DNA of 64,000 nucleotides, taken from contig CABXNE010000003.1 of NCBI GenBank assembly GCA_902513515.1, positions 5,093-69,092 on the forward strand, written 5' to 3'. Both the position numbers and the translations under genes were made by a program. This document shows positions 39,109 to 49,367 of this stretch, one piece after another. The notes beneath the pieces were generated by a model. It worked only from the letters and a program-made list of their open reading frames with translations. It was not told where the DNA came from and did not search any database. The stretch is from an uncultured SAR86 cluster bacterium. Lineage in GTDB: Bacteria > Pseudomonadota > Gammaproteobacteria > Magnimaribacterales > D2472. The number at the start of each line of letters is the position of its first letter. The first letter of the stretch is position 1.

Positions 39109-40371
39109 ATGTCAATCAAACTTGTAAGAGAATTCAAACAAAATCATAAGTTATCTATAACCCCGCAATTAAAAAAATCAATAGACCTACTTCAGCTGTC
39201 AAGACTAGAAATTATCAACAAGATTAATAATGAAATAGATGAAAATCCTTTCCTTAAAAAAGATTTTGATCATGAATCGAATTCCTTTGATGATATGGAT
39301 CTCCTCGAGAATTTACCAAATAAGTTTACTTTACAAAATCATCTTGAAAATCAACTAGAGGACATCAAACTTAATAATAAAGAGAAAAAAATTGCATTAG
39401 TAATTATTCAATGCATAGAAGAAAATGGATTGCTTCAAATAGATCTTGATGAAATTGAGCAACTGATGGAATGCGCTCATTCTATAAAAGAGATCAAATA
39501 TGTTTTGAGTAATATAATTCATGACCTAGAACCTGCTGGGGTTGGCGCAAGAAATTTTAAAGAAACAATTTTCATACAATTAAAAAAAAAAGAAATTTCA
39601 GTCAAGGAATTAGAAATTGCACATAAAATTCTATTTAACCCTCAATTTTCTAACTTTGAGGATGCAACATCTCATTTAGCAAAACATTATTCTAAGCATA
39701 AGGTTGAAACTGTGCTTAAAAAAATTAAACAGTGTGATCTTTCTCCTGGTTTAGAGTTTGAATCTACACATATCATCCAACCAGACTTAGAAGTGATTCC
39801 AGATAACAATCAAAATCTTAATGTCCAGTTTAGAAAAGATAATTTTCCCTTGATTAGTCTTGATCAAGATTTAGAAGAATTAGTGAAAAATAAAAAAAAT
39901 AAAGCAAGTAAAGAATTAAAAGAAAAAATCGGAGAAGCAAAATGGTTGATTAGAGCAATAAATAAAAGAAACGAAACTGTTCAAAATGTAGGGACATTGA
40001 TTTGCAAAATACAAGCTGACTTTTTGTCCAATAAATCCCCTGAATTAAAACCGCTATCTAATGTTGAGCTTGCAAAAAAATTAAAGATTAGCCCATCAAC
40101 CGTTTCAAGAATTTTAAGGTCAAAATATATACAAACTCCTAAAGGGGCTGTTTCCATGAAATCACTTTTAGTAAGCTCTGTGTCTAAAACTAGAAAAGTC
40201 ACGCCTATACAGTTGATGGAAGAAATTCAAAAGATAATTGAAGGGGAGAAAAAAAAATTAAGCGATCAAAAGATTTCAGATTTGCTTAATATACGAGGGT
40301 TTAACTTGGCTCGAAGAACAATTTCAAAATATAGAAAGAAAATAAATCTCCCTAGTTCAAGAAATAGATAA
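39109..40371 (+). CDS. rpoN: RNA polymerase sigma-54 factor
   Basis: 420 aa. Region I ITPQLKKSIDLLQLSRLEI, C-terminal HTH and RpoN box ARRTISKYRKK. Confidence 0.95.
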   Translation: MSIKLVREFKQNHKLSITPQLKKSIDLLQLSRLEIINKINNEIDENPFLKKDFDHESNSFDDMDLLENLPNKFTLQNHLENQLEDIKLNNKEKKIALVIIQCIEENGLLQIDLDEIEQLMECAHSIKEIKYVLSNIIHDLEPAGVGARNFKETIFIQLKKKEISVKELEIAHKILFNPQFSNFEDATSHLAKHYSKHKVETVLKKIKQCDLSPGLEFESTHIIQPDLEVIPDNNQNLNVQFRKDNFPLISLDQDLEELVKNKKNKASKELKEKIGEAKWLIRAINKRNETVQNVGTLICKIQADFLSNKSPELKPLSNVELAKKLKISPSTVSRILRSKYIQTPKGAVSMKSLLVSSVSKTRKVTPIQLMEEIQKIIEGEKKKLSDQKISDLLNIRGFNLARRTISKYRKKINLPSSRNR

Positions 40372-40401
40372 TTCATAATCTGGTGAGTTAGAATTGAGTC
40401 T

Positions 40402-41757
40402 ATGAAAGAAATAAAACCTCATCTCTTCTCATCTAAAGATCTCCTGAACAGAATTCAGGGGCAAGGGGTTGAGCCCTCAATCAATCAGATTAAAAGAATT
40501 TTATCTGCCATGCATCCTTCTGAGGTAGCACATAGCATAGAATCTCTGCCGCCTAAAGAAAGAAAATTTTTATGGTCATTGATTGATACACAAGATGAAG
40601 GCGAGATCATTGCGGAATTACATGATGAAATTCAACAAGAACTTATCTCAGAAATTTCACCCGAAGAACTTATTACTATAATTGGCAACTTAGAGCTTGA
40701 TGAAATTGTTGATATTCTTCAAATTCTTCCTAATCAAAAAACAGAAAATATTTTGTCAGCTATGTCCAAAAGAGACAGGCAAAGAATTCAAGAAGCATTA
40801 GAATATCCAGAGGACTCAGCCGGCGGGCTTATGAATACGGATATTATAAGTGTTAGGCCTAAGCATAATCTAGAGGTTGTAATGAGATATCTTCGTGCTC
40901 AGCGAGAACTCCCAAAAAATACTGATCAAATCTTTGTTGTTTCAAGAGAAAATAAATATCTAGGCTCTTTACCAATTTCTTCAATTGTGGTCTCAGATCC
41001 AAGCCTCAATGTAAGAGAGTTAATGGAAACTGAAATTCAACCATTGAAGGCACATATAGATGATAAAGATGTATCAAGATTGTTTGAGCAAAATGATTGG
41101 GTCTCAGCACCAGTAGTAGACAGTGAATCTAGATTAATCGGAAGAATAACAATTGATGATGTTGTTGATGTCATTATGGAGGATGCTGATCAAAACTTTC
41201 TTGGGATGGCTGGAGTTGCAGAGGATACGTTTTCTGCACCAGCAAGAGCTGCAAGAAGCAGAATCTTATGGCTATCAATTAATCTTCTCACCGCTTTCAT
41301 AGCATCTTTGACAATAAGCCTTTTTCAAGCAACGATCGATCAAATAGTATATTTAGCTATTCTTATGCCTATTGTTGCGAGCATGGGTGGGGTTGCTGGA
41401 ACTCAAACTTTAACGATTATGATTAGAGGATTAACCCTTCAGCAAATCAATCAATCAAATTTAAAATGGCTCTATAAAAGAGAGGTAGCAGTATCAATTA
41501 TAAACGGAATCCTATTATCCATCTTGGTTGGGGGAATAACATATTTCTGGTTTGAGGATGCGGTCATTGCAACTCTTATTTGTGTTGCCATGGTTGCAAA
41601 TTTAATATGCTCAGCAATTGCAGGTATCTTTATACCCATTATTTTACGAAAATTTAATCAAGACCCGGCAATTGCTGGAAGCGTTGTCGTAACTACTGTT
41701 ACTGATGTAATAGGCTTCTTCTCTTTTCTTGGTCTTGCAACTTTCTTTCTCATTTAA
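40402..41757 (+). CDS. mgtE: magnesium transporter MgtE
   Basis: 451 aa. MgtE N-domain, CBS pair, five C-terminal TM helices with the GGVAGTQ and TDVIGFF motifs. Confidence 0.93.
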   Translation: MKEIKPHLFSSKDLLNRIQGQGVEPSINQIKRILSAMHPSEVAHSIESLPPKERKFLWSLIDTQDEGEIIAELHDEIQQELISEISPEELITIIGNLELDEIVDILQILPNQKTENILSAMSKRDRQRIQEALEYPEDSAGGLMNTDIISVRPKHNLEVVMRYLRAQRELPKNTDQIFVVSRENKYLGSLPISSIVVSDPSLNVRELMETEIQPLKAHIDDKDVSRLFEQNDWVSAPVVDSESRLIGRITIDDVVDVIMEDADQNFLGMAGVAEDTFSAPARAARSRILWLSINLLTAFIASLTISLFQATIDQIVYLAILMPIVASMGGVAGTQTLTIMIRGLTLQQINQSNLKWLYKREVAVSIINGILLSILVGGITYFWFEDAVIATLICVAMVANLICSAIAGIFIPIILRKFNQDPAIAGSVVVTTVTDVIGFFSFLGLATFFLI

Positions 41758-44700
41758 CTCTTTCTAATTTCGGTTCTGAGATAGTGCCAATAATTTCATA
41801 TTGATAATTAGTCATGTCATTTATATCTTCCTCAAAGATTTCACTTATTACTGCTGAGCCAGCAACTGCCGGAAGGCCACCAATGATTGCTGCATACCAT
41901 GGTATATTTTCTCCAATTCTAATTCTCAAATCCAAATTTAGATCTAAGTCATCAAGATTATTTTTAGAGTTTTTATTAATTTGACCTACCCACTTCATTT
42001 TAGCTGCATTTGTTTCTATAAATAATGGAGATGCAAGCCTCAACTTTGATTTACTAAATAATAAGTCTCCCTCAACCCTGCTTAATTGAGTTGAGGTATA
42101 TTCATCAATTGAAAGATCTAAATTTGCTAACTTGCCAAGGATATTTCTTAAATTCAAGACTCCAAGTAAGTTAAAAGCTACTGAATCAGAGATAGTATTT
42201 TTTATCGCTAGATCTTTTAAAATAAAATTACTCTCTCCCTCTATATAACTTAAAGCAGAGAGTTCTTTCCATTGCAAATTAATAGATCCATTGAAATATG
42301 AAAAATCTGCTAAATCTCTTAAATAAGGAATTTTATTTGAATCTTTAATTAAAAAATCTCCACTTATTTTATAAAGAGGCTTAACCTTATCGATTGAAAA
42401 ATATGCAATTGAAGATTTTTTTAATGGTTTGATAGATATTAGATTGGAGTTTAATTTAATTTTATTAACAGTGAAATTCTTTTTATTATTTAAGATATAT
42501 GCATCAAAATCTTTAACCTTTATTTTGCCAAGAGAAGAGTTTCTTATAATAATTCTAGAATTCAAAGCTGCATAAGAGGTTGATAGCGAAGAATTTTTAA
42601 ATTCTATATCAGGGATAGTTGAGTCACTTATCTCTATTCTCATAAACCCAGTCTGATCCATCCTTAAATTTAAATTAAGATTATCTGCGATTAAATTACC
42701 TATAATTTCTGAGTTATTTAAATCAAACAAGCCTGAAAGATCATAAAAATTATTATTATAAAATTTAAAATTTTTAATATTAAAAGCGAATTTATTAAGA
42801 TTTATAGATGCTAATTCAGAATTCCTTGGAAAGGCAGAACTTAATAGATTCTCATTCAAAGCCTCTGAATAAATATATACATTCAATCCAGACTCGTTAC
42901 CAAAACTCTTATACTTTGCAGGAAGCACTTCGCCTATTGAAATATATCCAACATATTTACTGAAATCTCTAATGTGCATATCAATCTTTTCGTTGATAAG
43001 TTTTATAGATGGATTAGAGAAATTAGTTATCATGATTTCTGTTGGCAGCCTTGCTAATTTCTTTTTCGAAAGCAAGTTTAGTGGTGAATTTAGCTCAATA
43101 TTTTTTAGATCTGAATCGATCTTTAAAATTGGCATAGAATTTTTTTGAAAATTAAGGTCTATTTTAAAAAGATCATCACCAGAAACTTGGAAGTAATCTG
43201 AATCAGGAATGAAGTTTCCTGGCTCTAAATTTATATTGGTCGAGAAGGTTAAATCATATTTTTTCATTAAACCGGTGCCCATAAGAAGAATGGAAAGCTC
43301 CTCTTTCATGAAGGTTGATGGTAATAATCCATAAATTGCATCTAAATCAACAATATAGATACTCGCCTTATTAAGATTAATTTCATAAGGTCGGAATATT
43401 GGCAAATAGAAGTTCTTTGTTTTTGCTGAAATAGCGTTATTAAAACTTAAGCTTGATAGTTTAATTGCGCCTTTATGCTCTGCTTGCACTTTTGGTAGAT
43501 TAAAGTTTTCCTCTCCTAGGCCTAATAAATATTTCAGATCCATTGCTTTAATAGAATGCAGAGAATAAAAACTAAGCTTTTGAGATTCATAATTTAATAG
43601 GCCATAGGCTGCCTCATAAGAAAAATTAGTTACTCTGCCAGATGGTGAAAAAACATATAAATTTTCACTATCAGCCTCAATCAATGGTCTGGAAAAATCT
43701 ATTGCTAAATCTTCATTAAAATTTATCTTTGACTCATTAATCAAAATTTTTGCTTTCGGTTCAGCTTTCAAGCCAGTGCTGGGAACAGAGTAATTAAAAT
43801 AAATTGTATTTTGCATTCCGAAAATAATGCTTGTATCTATATAAGCGCCTAATGCATTTAAAGAATCAGGAAGAGAGAATGAAATTAAATCTTTTGACAA
43901 ATCCTTGCCTTTCAGCTCAATAGAAAAAGGATCAATTGATTTGGGATTTACCTGCAAAGCAAGATCAATCCCAGCAGATTGATTTTTAACTCTTGCTCTA
44001 AAATCAACAGCTGAACTAGAAAGATCTCCTGCCCCCGTTATTGATACTGTTGTAAGGTTTTTCTTGTGATTTTTTAGAATAGAGGCTTCTGAATTTACTA
44101 AAAATTTTATATTCTCGCCAAATCCAGAAAAGTCTCCACTAAGATTCAGGATTTCCTCAAAATACAGATCTTTGAGATCTATATCTTTAATAAATCCTGA
44201 ATATTTTGGAAAGGTGTTTTCGAATGATATAAAAAGATTTTCAATAATTAAGTTTGTAAATTTTAAAGCGTCTATTTCAAAAACCTGCGGTGAAAGAAAA
44301 AATCTTGGAACAGCAACTGATTTTTTTTGAAGGTTAATCTGAATTGGATGTTCTTCATCTATAAATGGATTAAGAAATTCGGTTAGTGTTAATGTGCCAA
44401 TATTTTTTTTAGACTGAAAATGAAAAGATCCTTTATTTGGTTTGATTGATGAAGAATTTAAAAACAGGTTATTGGAATTAAAAGAGCCTGTAATATTTGA
44501 TTGATCATTTTTTAATTCACCAAGAGCATTCATTTTAAATGCTAAATCCTTTATAGGTGAGGCGCTAAAAGCTGGAATCAAACTAAGCCATTTATAAGAA
44601 TGAAGATTTAATGAGAATCGATAAGAATCCTCAAACACATCCACTGCAAGTGTACTTAGATTATTATCATGAAGAAAACTAAGTTGACCAGACAATGAGC

Positions 44701-45178
44701 TTGATAATTTACCAAAAAGCTCTCCATTTATCTCGATAATTGAGTCACTTGTTTGATATTTAAAATTTTTAAATGACAATAAAACCTCATCATTGAAGTA
44801 CTCAAAAAGATTTTGAGACGAAGTGGCTGTCGATAAATCTGAGTGAAGAAAATAGCCGTCTTTGATAATGATGCTGTTGATGCTGATTGGTTGAAAAAAA
44901 AGGTACGGTTTAAGGGATATGGCTGCTGCTAACTCTTCGATCTTAAGTATTGACCTATCATTACTCATAATATGAATATCAAAAAATTTCAAATTTTGGT
45001 TTAAGACATTTCCAGTATTCTGTAATTCAGAAAAATCTATTGTGTACGAAGGAAGAGCATATTGATCTATGGTTTTAATAACACTTGCAGGAAATAAGGT
45101 TAATAGAAAAAGGGATAAGAAAAATATCCAACTTAAAATGCCTACCCCAATGATAGAAAAAAAAAATAACTTCTTCAT
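41750..45178 (-). CDS. yhdP: YhdP-like AsmA-family large envelope protein (putative inter-membrane phospholipid transporter)
   Basis: 1142 aa. Single N-terminal TM, long predicted beta-rich repetitive body, conserved C-terminal segment (PWYAAIIGGLPAVAGSAVISEIFE...YQYEIIGTISEPKLERV). Lies downstream of mreBCD as in E. coli/Pseudomonas. Confidence 0.8.
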   Translation of the reverse strand: MKKLFFFSIIGVGILSWIFFLSLFLLTLFPASVIKTIDQYALPSYTIDFSELQNTGNVLNQNLKFFDIHIMSNDRSILKIEELAAAISLKPYLFFQPISINSIIIKDGYFLHSDLSTATSSQNLFEYFNDEVLLSFKNFKYQTSDSIIEINGELFGKLSSSLSGQLSFLHDNNLSTLAVDVFEDSYRFSLNLHSYKWLSLIPAFSASPIKDLAFKMNALGELKNDQSNITGSFNSNNLFLNSSSIKPNKGSFHFQSKKNIGTLTLTEFLNPFIDEEHPIQINLQKKSVAVPRFFLSPQVFEIDALKFTNLIIENLFISFENTFPKYSGFIKDIDLKDLYFEEILNLSGDFSGFGENIKFLVNSEASILKNHKKNLTTVSITGAGDLSSSAVDFRARVKNQSAGIDLALQVNPKSIDPFSIELKGKDLSKDLISFSLPDSLNALGAYIDTSIIFGMQNTIYFNYSVPSTGLKAEPKAKILINESKINFNEDLAIDFSRPLIEADSENLYVFSPSGRVTNFSYEAAYGLLNYESQKLSFYSLHSIKAMDLKYLLGLGEENFNLPKVQAEHKGAIKLSSLSFNNAISAKTKNFYLPIFRPYEINLNKASIYIVDLDAIYGLLPSTFMKEELSILLMGTGLMKKYDLTFSTNINLEPGNFIPDSDYFQVSGDDLFKIDLNFQKNSMPILKIDSDLKNIELNSPLNLLSKKKLARLPTEIMITNFSNPSIKLINEKIDMHIRDFSKYVGYISIGEVLPAKYKSFGNESGLNVYIYSEALNENLLSSAFPRNSELASINLNKFAFNIKNFKFYNNNFYDLSGLFDLNNSEIIGNLIADNLNLNLRMDQTGFMRIEISDSTIPDIEFKNSSLSTSYAALNSRIIIRNSSLGKIKVKDFDAYILNNKKNFTVNKIKLNSNLISIKPLKKSSIAYFSIDKVKPLYKISGDFLIKDSNKIPYLRDLADFSYFNGSINLQWKELSALSYIEGESNFILKDLAIKNTISDSVAFNLLGVLNLRNILGKLANLDLSIDEYTSTQLSRVEGDLLFSKSKLRLASPLFIETNAAKMKWVGQINKNSKNNLDDLDLNLDLRIRIGENIPWYAAIIGGLPAVAGSAVISEIFEEDINDMTNYQYEIIGTISEPKLERVK

Positions 45179-45181
45179 GCT

Positions 45182-45661
45182 CTATAAGTTCGAAAAAATA
45201 CTTCTTCTAAAAGCCCTCATTGTAAAATAAACACCTATCCATAAAGCTGCATTAATTAGAAAACTAATTATCAGAACAACATAAGAATAATTATAGGGAG
45301 AGAGTAAAAGGTATTTACATGCTATATAGAAAATAGATGCGCCAGAAAAGAAAACCGATAATTGAAAATAGGAAAAAATTCTAAAACGAAAAACATATAA
45401 GTGAATAATGTAAGAGGTCGCAATAAAAAAAAGCATATTAAAACCAATTACATTTGAAAAAAACAAATCAATCACCAGTCCATAAAATAATGCGGCTGAA
45501 CTATGAAGTTTCTCTGGCATTGCAAAAACCCAGTAAGAAAAAATTAAAAAGCCAAAATTTAATTCAAGAAATATCTTAAGAGTGAGGGGATTAAGCGAAT
45601 CATCTATCCAAAAACCCAGAATAATAGTTGATAGAACAATTAAGTGATGGCTAAATTTCAT
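45182..45661 (-). CDS. mreD: rod shape-determining protein MreD
   Basis: 159 aa, all-hydrophobic polytopic protein directly after mreC (11-nt overlap). Confidence 0.85.
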   Translation of the reverse strand: MKFSHHLIVLSTIILGFWIDDSLNPLTLKIFLELNFGFLIFSYWVFAMPEKLHSSAALFYGLVIDLFFSNVIGFNMLFFIATSYIIHLYVFRFRIFSYFQLSVFFSGASIFYIACKYLLLSPYNYSYVVLIISFLINAALWIGVYFTMRAFRRSIFSNL

Positions 45662-46493
45662 CAGTCTTTTTGCTCATAATCCCATAAAAAGTTTCTTCCA
45701 AGGGATTAGTTTTTAAAGTAATTACAACCTCAATCTCGTTAATGGAGATTCGATTAATATCAGAGATAAATCCAATCTCAATATCTTTTAAAAAAATGCC
45801 TCCTAGCCCAGATGTATAAACGATATCACCAATCTGATTGTTAAAAGTATCGTTGTTTTTATCAAGGTGGCATGAAATTAACATTGGCTTGCCTAGGCCT
45901 CTAGCATCACAATAAAAAAGATCTGATCTTACAGGTAAGACGTGCGTAATATCTGAGAAAAGAATGACTTCAATAAAGCTCATGTAAGTATTTTTTATTT
46001 GGCCAATAAATGAGTTTCCTGCGAAGACTGGAGTATTTTCTCCAGCTTGGACATGATTGGGATTATGTAAAAAAATTTTATGTGTTGAGCAGCAAAGATA
46101 GTTTCTTAGATCAATTGAAGCTATCTTGAATATATCAATATCATCATTCTTTAGTTTGCCAATCAATGTCTTATAAAAATCAATAATTTGAATTTTCTCT
46201 TGATTATCTTTTCTTTCAATAAAATCCTGAGTTCTGATTCGAAGGATTTGATCTCTTAATTCTTTATTTTCTTGCAAGAGAAATTTGTTTTTCTGAAAAG
46301 AAGAAAATGCATTACCAATATTTTCAAACATACCATCAGAAATTATCTGAGCATATAGAGCAGAAGAATGGAAAAAACCTCTTAGTTGAGCAAAAGTTCC
46401 GTAGCTTATATCGGTAAATAACAAGCATGCTGAGAGAAAAAAACCAATCGCATAATTTCTTACTGGAGTATATGTAGGCGTAGATCTCGCCAT
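45651..46493 (-). CDS. mreC: rod shape-determining protein MreC
   Basis: 280 aa. N-terminal TM, coiled-coil (LLQENKELRDQILRIR), beta-barrel domains ending with TSGLGGIF. Confidence 0.88.
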   Translation of the reverse strand: MARSTPTYTPVRNYAIGFFLSACLLFTDISYGTFAQLRGFFHSSALYAQIISDGMFENIGNAFSSFQKNKFLLQENKELRDQILRIRTQDFIERKDNQEKIQIIDFYKTLIGKLKNDDIDIFKIASIDLRNYLCCSTHKIFLHNPNHVQAGENTPVFAGNSFIGQIKNTYMSFIEVILFSDITHVLPVRSDLFYCDARGLGKPMLISCHLDKNNDTFNNQIGDIVYTSGLGGIFLKDIEIGFISDINRISINEIEVVITLKTNPLEETFYGIMSKKTDEI

Positions 46494-46503
46494 ATTTAAT
46501 TAA

Positions 46504-47553
46504 TTATTCTGTTGAAAGTAAATCAATATTGTACTTGTCGATGATTTCTAGAGCCTGCCCTCCACCTCTTGCAACGCATGTCAATGGATCCTCAGCACAG
46601 ATTGCAGGAATTCCAGTAGAAGATGATATTAATTTATCAAGGTCTCTCATCAAAGCCCCTCCTCCAGTAAGCACTATTCCTCTTTCAGCAATGTCTGCAG
46701 CTAGCTCAGGCGGAGAAAGTTCAAGTGCGTTTCTAATAGCTCTTACTATTCCAGACAAAGGATCTCTCATGGCTTCATATACTTGAGCGCTTTTTAATGT
46801 GAAAGTCTCAGGGATTCCCTCAGCTAAATTTCGTCCAGTTACGTTCATCTCCTGGTCTTCAGAATCAGGTGAAGCACAACCAATAGTGTATTTAATTTTT
46901 TCAGCTGTCGATTCTCCAATTACACATCCATAATTCCTTCTAACCCATGATGTAATCGAACTATCCATGAGATCGCCACCAATTTTTACCGATTCAGCAT
47001 AAACAACTCCATTTAATGAAAGGATTGCTATTTCTGAGGTGCCTCCTCCAATATCAACAACCATATTACCGTTAGCCTCTTCAACCGGAAGACCTGCACC
47101 AATAGCTGCGGCCATTGGCTCTTCAATCAATTTGACGTCCCTTGCTCCTGCACCCAACACAGACTCTCTTATGGCTCTTCTTTCAACTTGAGTTGATCTG
47201 CAGGGCACACACACAAGAACTCTGGGGCTTGGTTTGATAAATCTTTGCTCATGAACTTTTCCTATAAAATGTTGAAGCATCTTTTCTGTAACTTGGAAGT
47301 CAGCAATAACGCCCTCTGACAAAGGTCTAATAGCTTTAATATTACCTGGTGTTCTTCCAAGCATTTTCTTGGCTTCATGACCAACCGCAACAACTGTTTT
47401 TTGACCTCGGCTTTCACGAATTGCTACAACAGATGGTTCGTTGAGCGCTATTCCTATGTCCTTAGTGTAAATTAATGTATTAGCGGTACCTAAATCTATT
47501 GATAAATCATTAGAAAAAAGGCCTCGAACAGTTTTAAATAGATTGAAATCCAC
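46504..47553 (-). CDS. mreB: rod shape-determining actin homologue MreB
   Basis: 349 aa. [29 protein letters not shown]. The start codon is GTG (cac at 47551-47553). Confidence 0.97.
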   Translation of the reverse strand: MDFNLFKTVRGLFSNDLSIDLGTANTLIYTKDIGIALNEPSVVAIRESRGQKTVVAVGHEAKKMLGRTPGNIKAIRPLSEGVIADFQVTEKMLQHFIGKVHEQRFIKPSPRVLVCVPCRSTQVERRAIRESVLGAGARDVKLIEEPMAAAIGAGLPVEEANGNMVVDIGGGTSEIAILSLNGVVYAESVKIGGDLMDSSITSWVRRNYGCVIGESTAEKIKYTIGCASPDSEDQEMNVTGRNLAEGIPETFTLKSAQVYEAMRDPLSGIVRAIRNALELSPPELAADIAERGIVLTGGGALMRDLDKLISSSTGIPAICAEDPLTCVARGGGQALEIIDKYNIDLLSTE

Positions 47554-47628
47554 TATGATATTCCCTGTAAATTCATTTTAAGATACTTTTATAGTTTAAT
47601 ATTGCGCATCAGAAATAGATAATATCAT

Positions 47629-47910
47629 ATGGACCAAGAAACAGTCAGAACTATTTGCTATCTAGCTAGGCTCGAAATAGATCAAAACAAATCTCAAAAA
47701 ATACAAAAAGATCTTGAGATAATTATTGAGCTCATAGGTAGTCTACAATCTATTGATACAACTAACGTTGAGCCTCTTTTCAGCCCCCTTGAAATGACAG
47801 CCCTGAAACATGAAGATGTTGAAAAATCTGATAACAAAAAAGAAAAATTCCTTGAAAATGCAGCGGCATCAAATGAAGACTATTTCCTAGTTCCGAGAGT
47901 TGTTGAATGA
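47629..47910 (+). CDS. gatC: Asp/Glu-tRNA amidotransferase subunit C
   Basis: 93 aa. YLARLEIDQ..., followed by gatA with a 4-nt overlap. Confidence 0.9.
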   Translation: MDQETVRTICYLARLEIDQNKSQKIQKDLEIIIELIGSLQSIDTTNVEPLFSPLEMTALKHEDVEKSDNKKEKFLENAAASNEDYFLVPRVVE

Positions 47911-49367
47911 GCATTCAATTTAAATCTATCGTTGAGCTTAGAGCAATGCTAGATAAGAAATCAATATCTACCCCAGAATTAACTCAAGAATCTCTTCGAT
48001 TAGCTAAAAAATATAAAGAATTAAATTGTTTTGTATCAATGAATGAGGAAATGGGCCCTAAAAAAGCTAGCGCTATAGAGCTAGATAAAAAAACTACTTC
48101 ATTAATTTCAGGAGTGCCTTTGGCTCAAAAAGATTTATTTTGCACAGAAGGATTAAGAACAACATGTTCTTCAAAAATACTAGAAAATTTCATCCCTCCC
48201 TATACCGCAACAGCAGTTAAAAAACTTGAAGATGCAGGCTCAATCACCATTGGTAAAACAAATATGGATGAGTTTGCAATGGGCTCTTCTAATGAAACCA
48301 GCTATTTTGGTAATGTTCATAACCCATGGAAAAAAGGATATGTTCCTGGCGGAAGTTCAGGTGGATCTGCTGCAGCCGTAGCTGCTGGAATTGTTCCTGC
48401 GGCAACTGGGACAGATACCGGCGGATCAATTCGTCAACCTGCTGCGCATTGCGGGATAACGGGTCTTAAACCCACATATGGAAGAATATCAAGATGGGGG
48501 ATGATAGCTTTTGCTTCTAGCCTTGATCAAGCAGGGCCTCTAGCAAGAACAGCTGAAGACTGTGCAATCCTTCTCAATGAAATGGCTGGGCATGATCTAA
48601 AAGACACCACATCATTAGACTTTACAGTTCCTGATTATCTAGAAGATCTTGATAAACCTATTAATCAATTAAAGATAGGTATAATAAAAGAATTCAATCT
48701 AAATGAACTGGACAGCGAGGTCCAGTCTCGTTTTCAAGATTCGAAAGATCTCTATGAGAAGCTTGGGGCTGAATTTGTAGAGGTATCACTTCCAAATATC
48801 TCAGCATCAGTTCCAACTTATTACTCTATTGCTCCAGCTGAATGTTCTTCAAATCTATCACGGTTTGATGGAGTTCGTTTTGGGCACAGAGCAGACAATA
48901 CAGAAGATTTAAATGATCTCTACATAAAATCAAGAAGTGAAGGCTTTGGAGACGAAGTCAAGCGAAGAATATTAATAGGAACATATGCTCTTTCTGCTGG
49001 TTACTATGATGCTTACTATAAAAAAGCACAACAGGTAAGAAGATTGATAAAAAATGATTTTGATAATGTATTTGAAACAGTTGATTTGTTGATGACACCT
49101 ACTTCTCCAAATACCGCTTTTGCTTTTGGAACTAAAGGTACTCAAAATCCAGTTGAACTTTATTTAGAAGACCTTTTTACAATTTCTTCTAATTTAGCTG
49201 GCTTGCCTGCTATATCTATTCCACACGGACAAATAAATTCTCTTCCAGTTGGATTGCAATTAATTGGTAATTTTCTGAGAGAAGATAAACTGCTTAATGC
49301 CGCACATGTTTTCCAGGAAAATTCAGACTTTCATCTCGCGCAACCCACCATGGAGGATTTTTTATGA
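47907..49367 (+). CDS. gatA: Asp/Glu-tRNA amidotransferase subunit A
   Basis: 486 aa. Amidase signature [14 protein letters not shown]...[13 protein letters not shown]. Confidence 0.96.
   Translation: MSIQFKSIVELRAMLDKKSISTPELTQESLRLAKKYKELNCFVSMNEEMGPKKASAIELDKKTTSLISGVPLAQKDLFCTEGLRTTCSSKILENFIPPYTATAVKKLEDAGSITIGKTNMDEFAMGSSNETSYFGNVHNPWKKGYVPGGSSGGSAAAVAAGIVPAATGTDTGGSIRQPAAHCGITGLKPTYGRISRWGMIAFASSLDQAGPLARTAEDCAILLNEMAGHDLKDTTSLDFTVPDYLEDLDKPINQLKIGIIKEFNLNELDSEVQSRFQDSKDLYEKLGAEFVEVSLPNISASVPTYYSIAPAECSSNLSRFDGVRFGHRADNTEDLNDLYIKSRSEGFGDEVKRRILIGTYALSAGYYDAYYKKAQQVRRLIKNDFDNVFETVDLLMTPTSPNTAFAFGTKGTQNPVELYLEDLFTISSNLAGLPAISIPHGQINSLPVGLQLIGNFLREDKLLNAAHVFQENSDFHLAQPTMEDFL

Noticed and set aside
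45157-45166. Homopolymer tracts at the 5' ends of genes (A10/T10 in yhdP codons 4-7; A9/T9 at 9541-9549 in ftsQ) as possible phase-variation switches
   Set aside because: They encode Phe runs inside N-terminal membrane segments (KKLFFFS, KKFFFFI), as expected from TTT codon bias in an AT-rich genome. Both genes are core and ftsQ is essential, so slipped-strand on/off switching is implausible.
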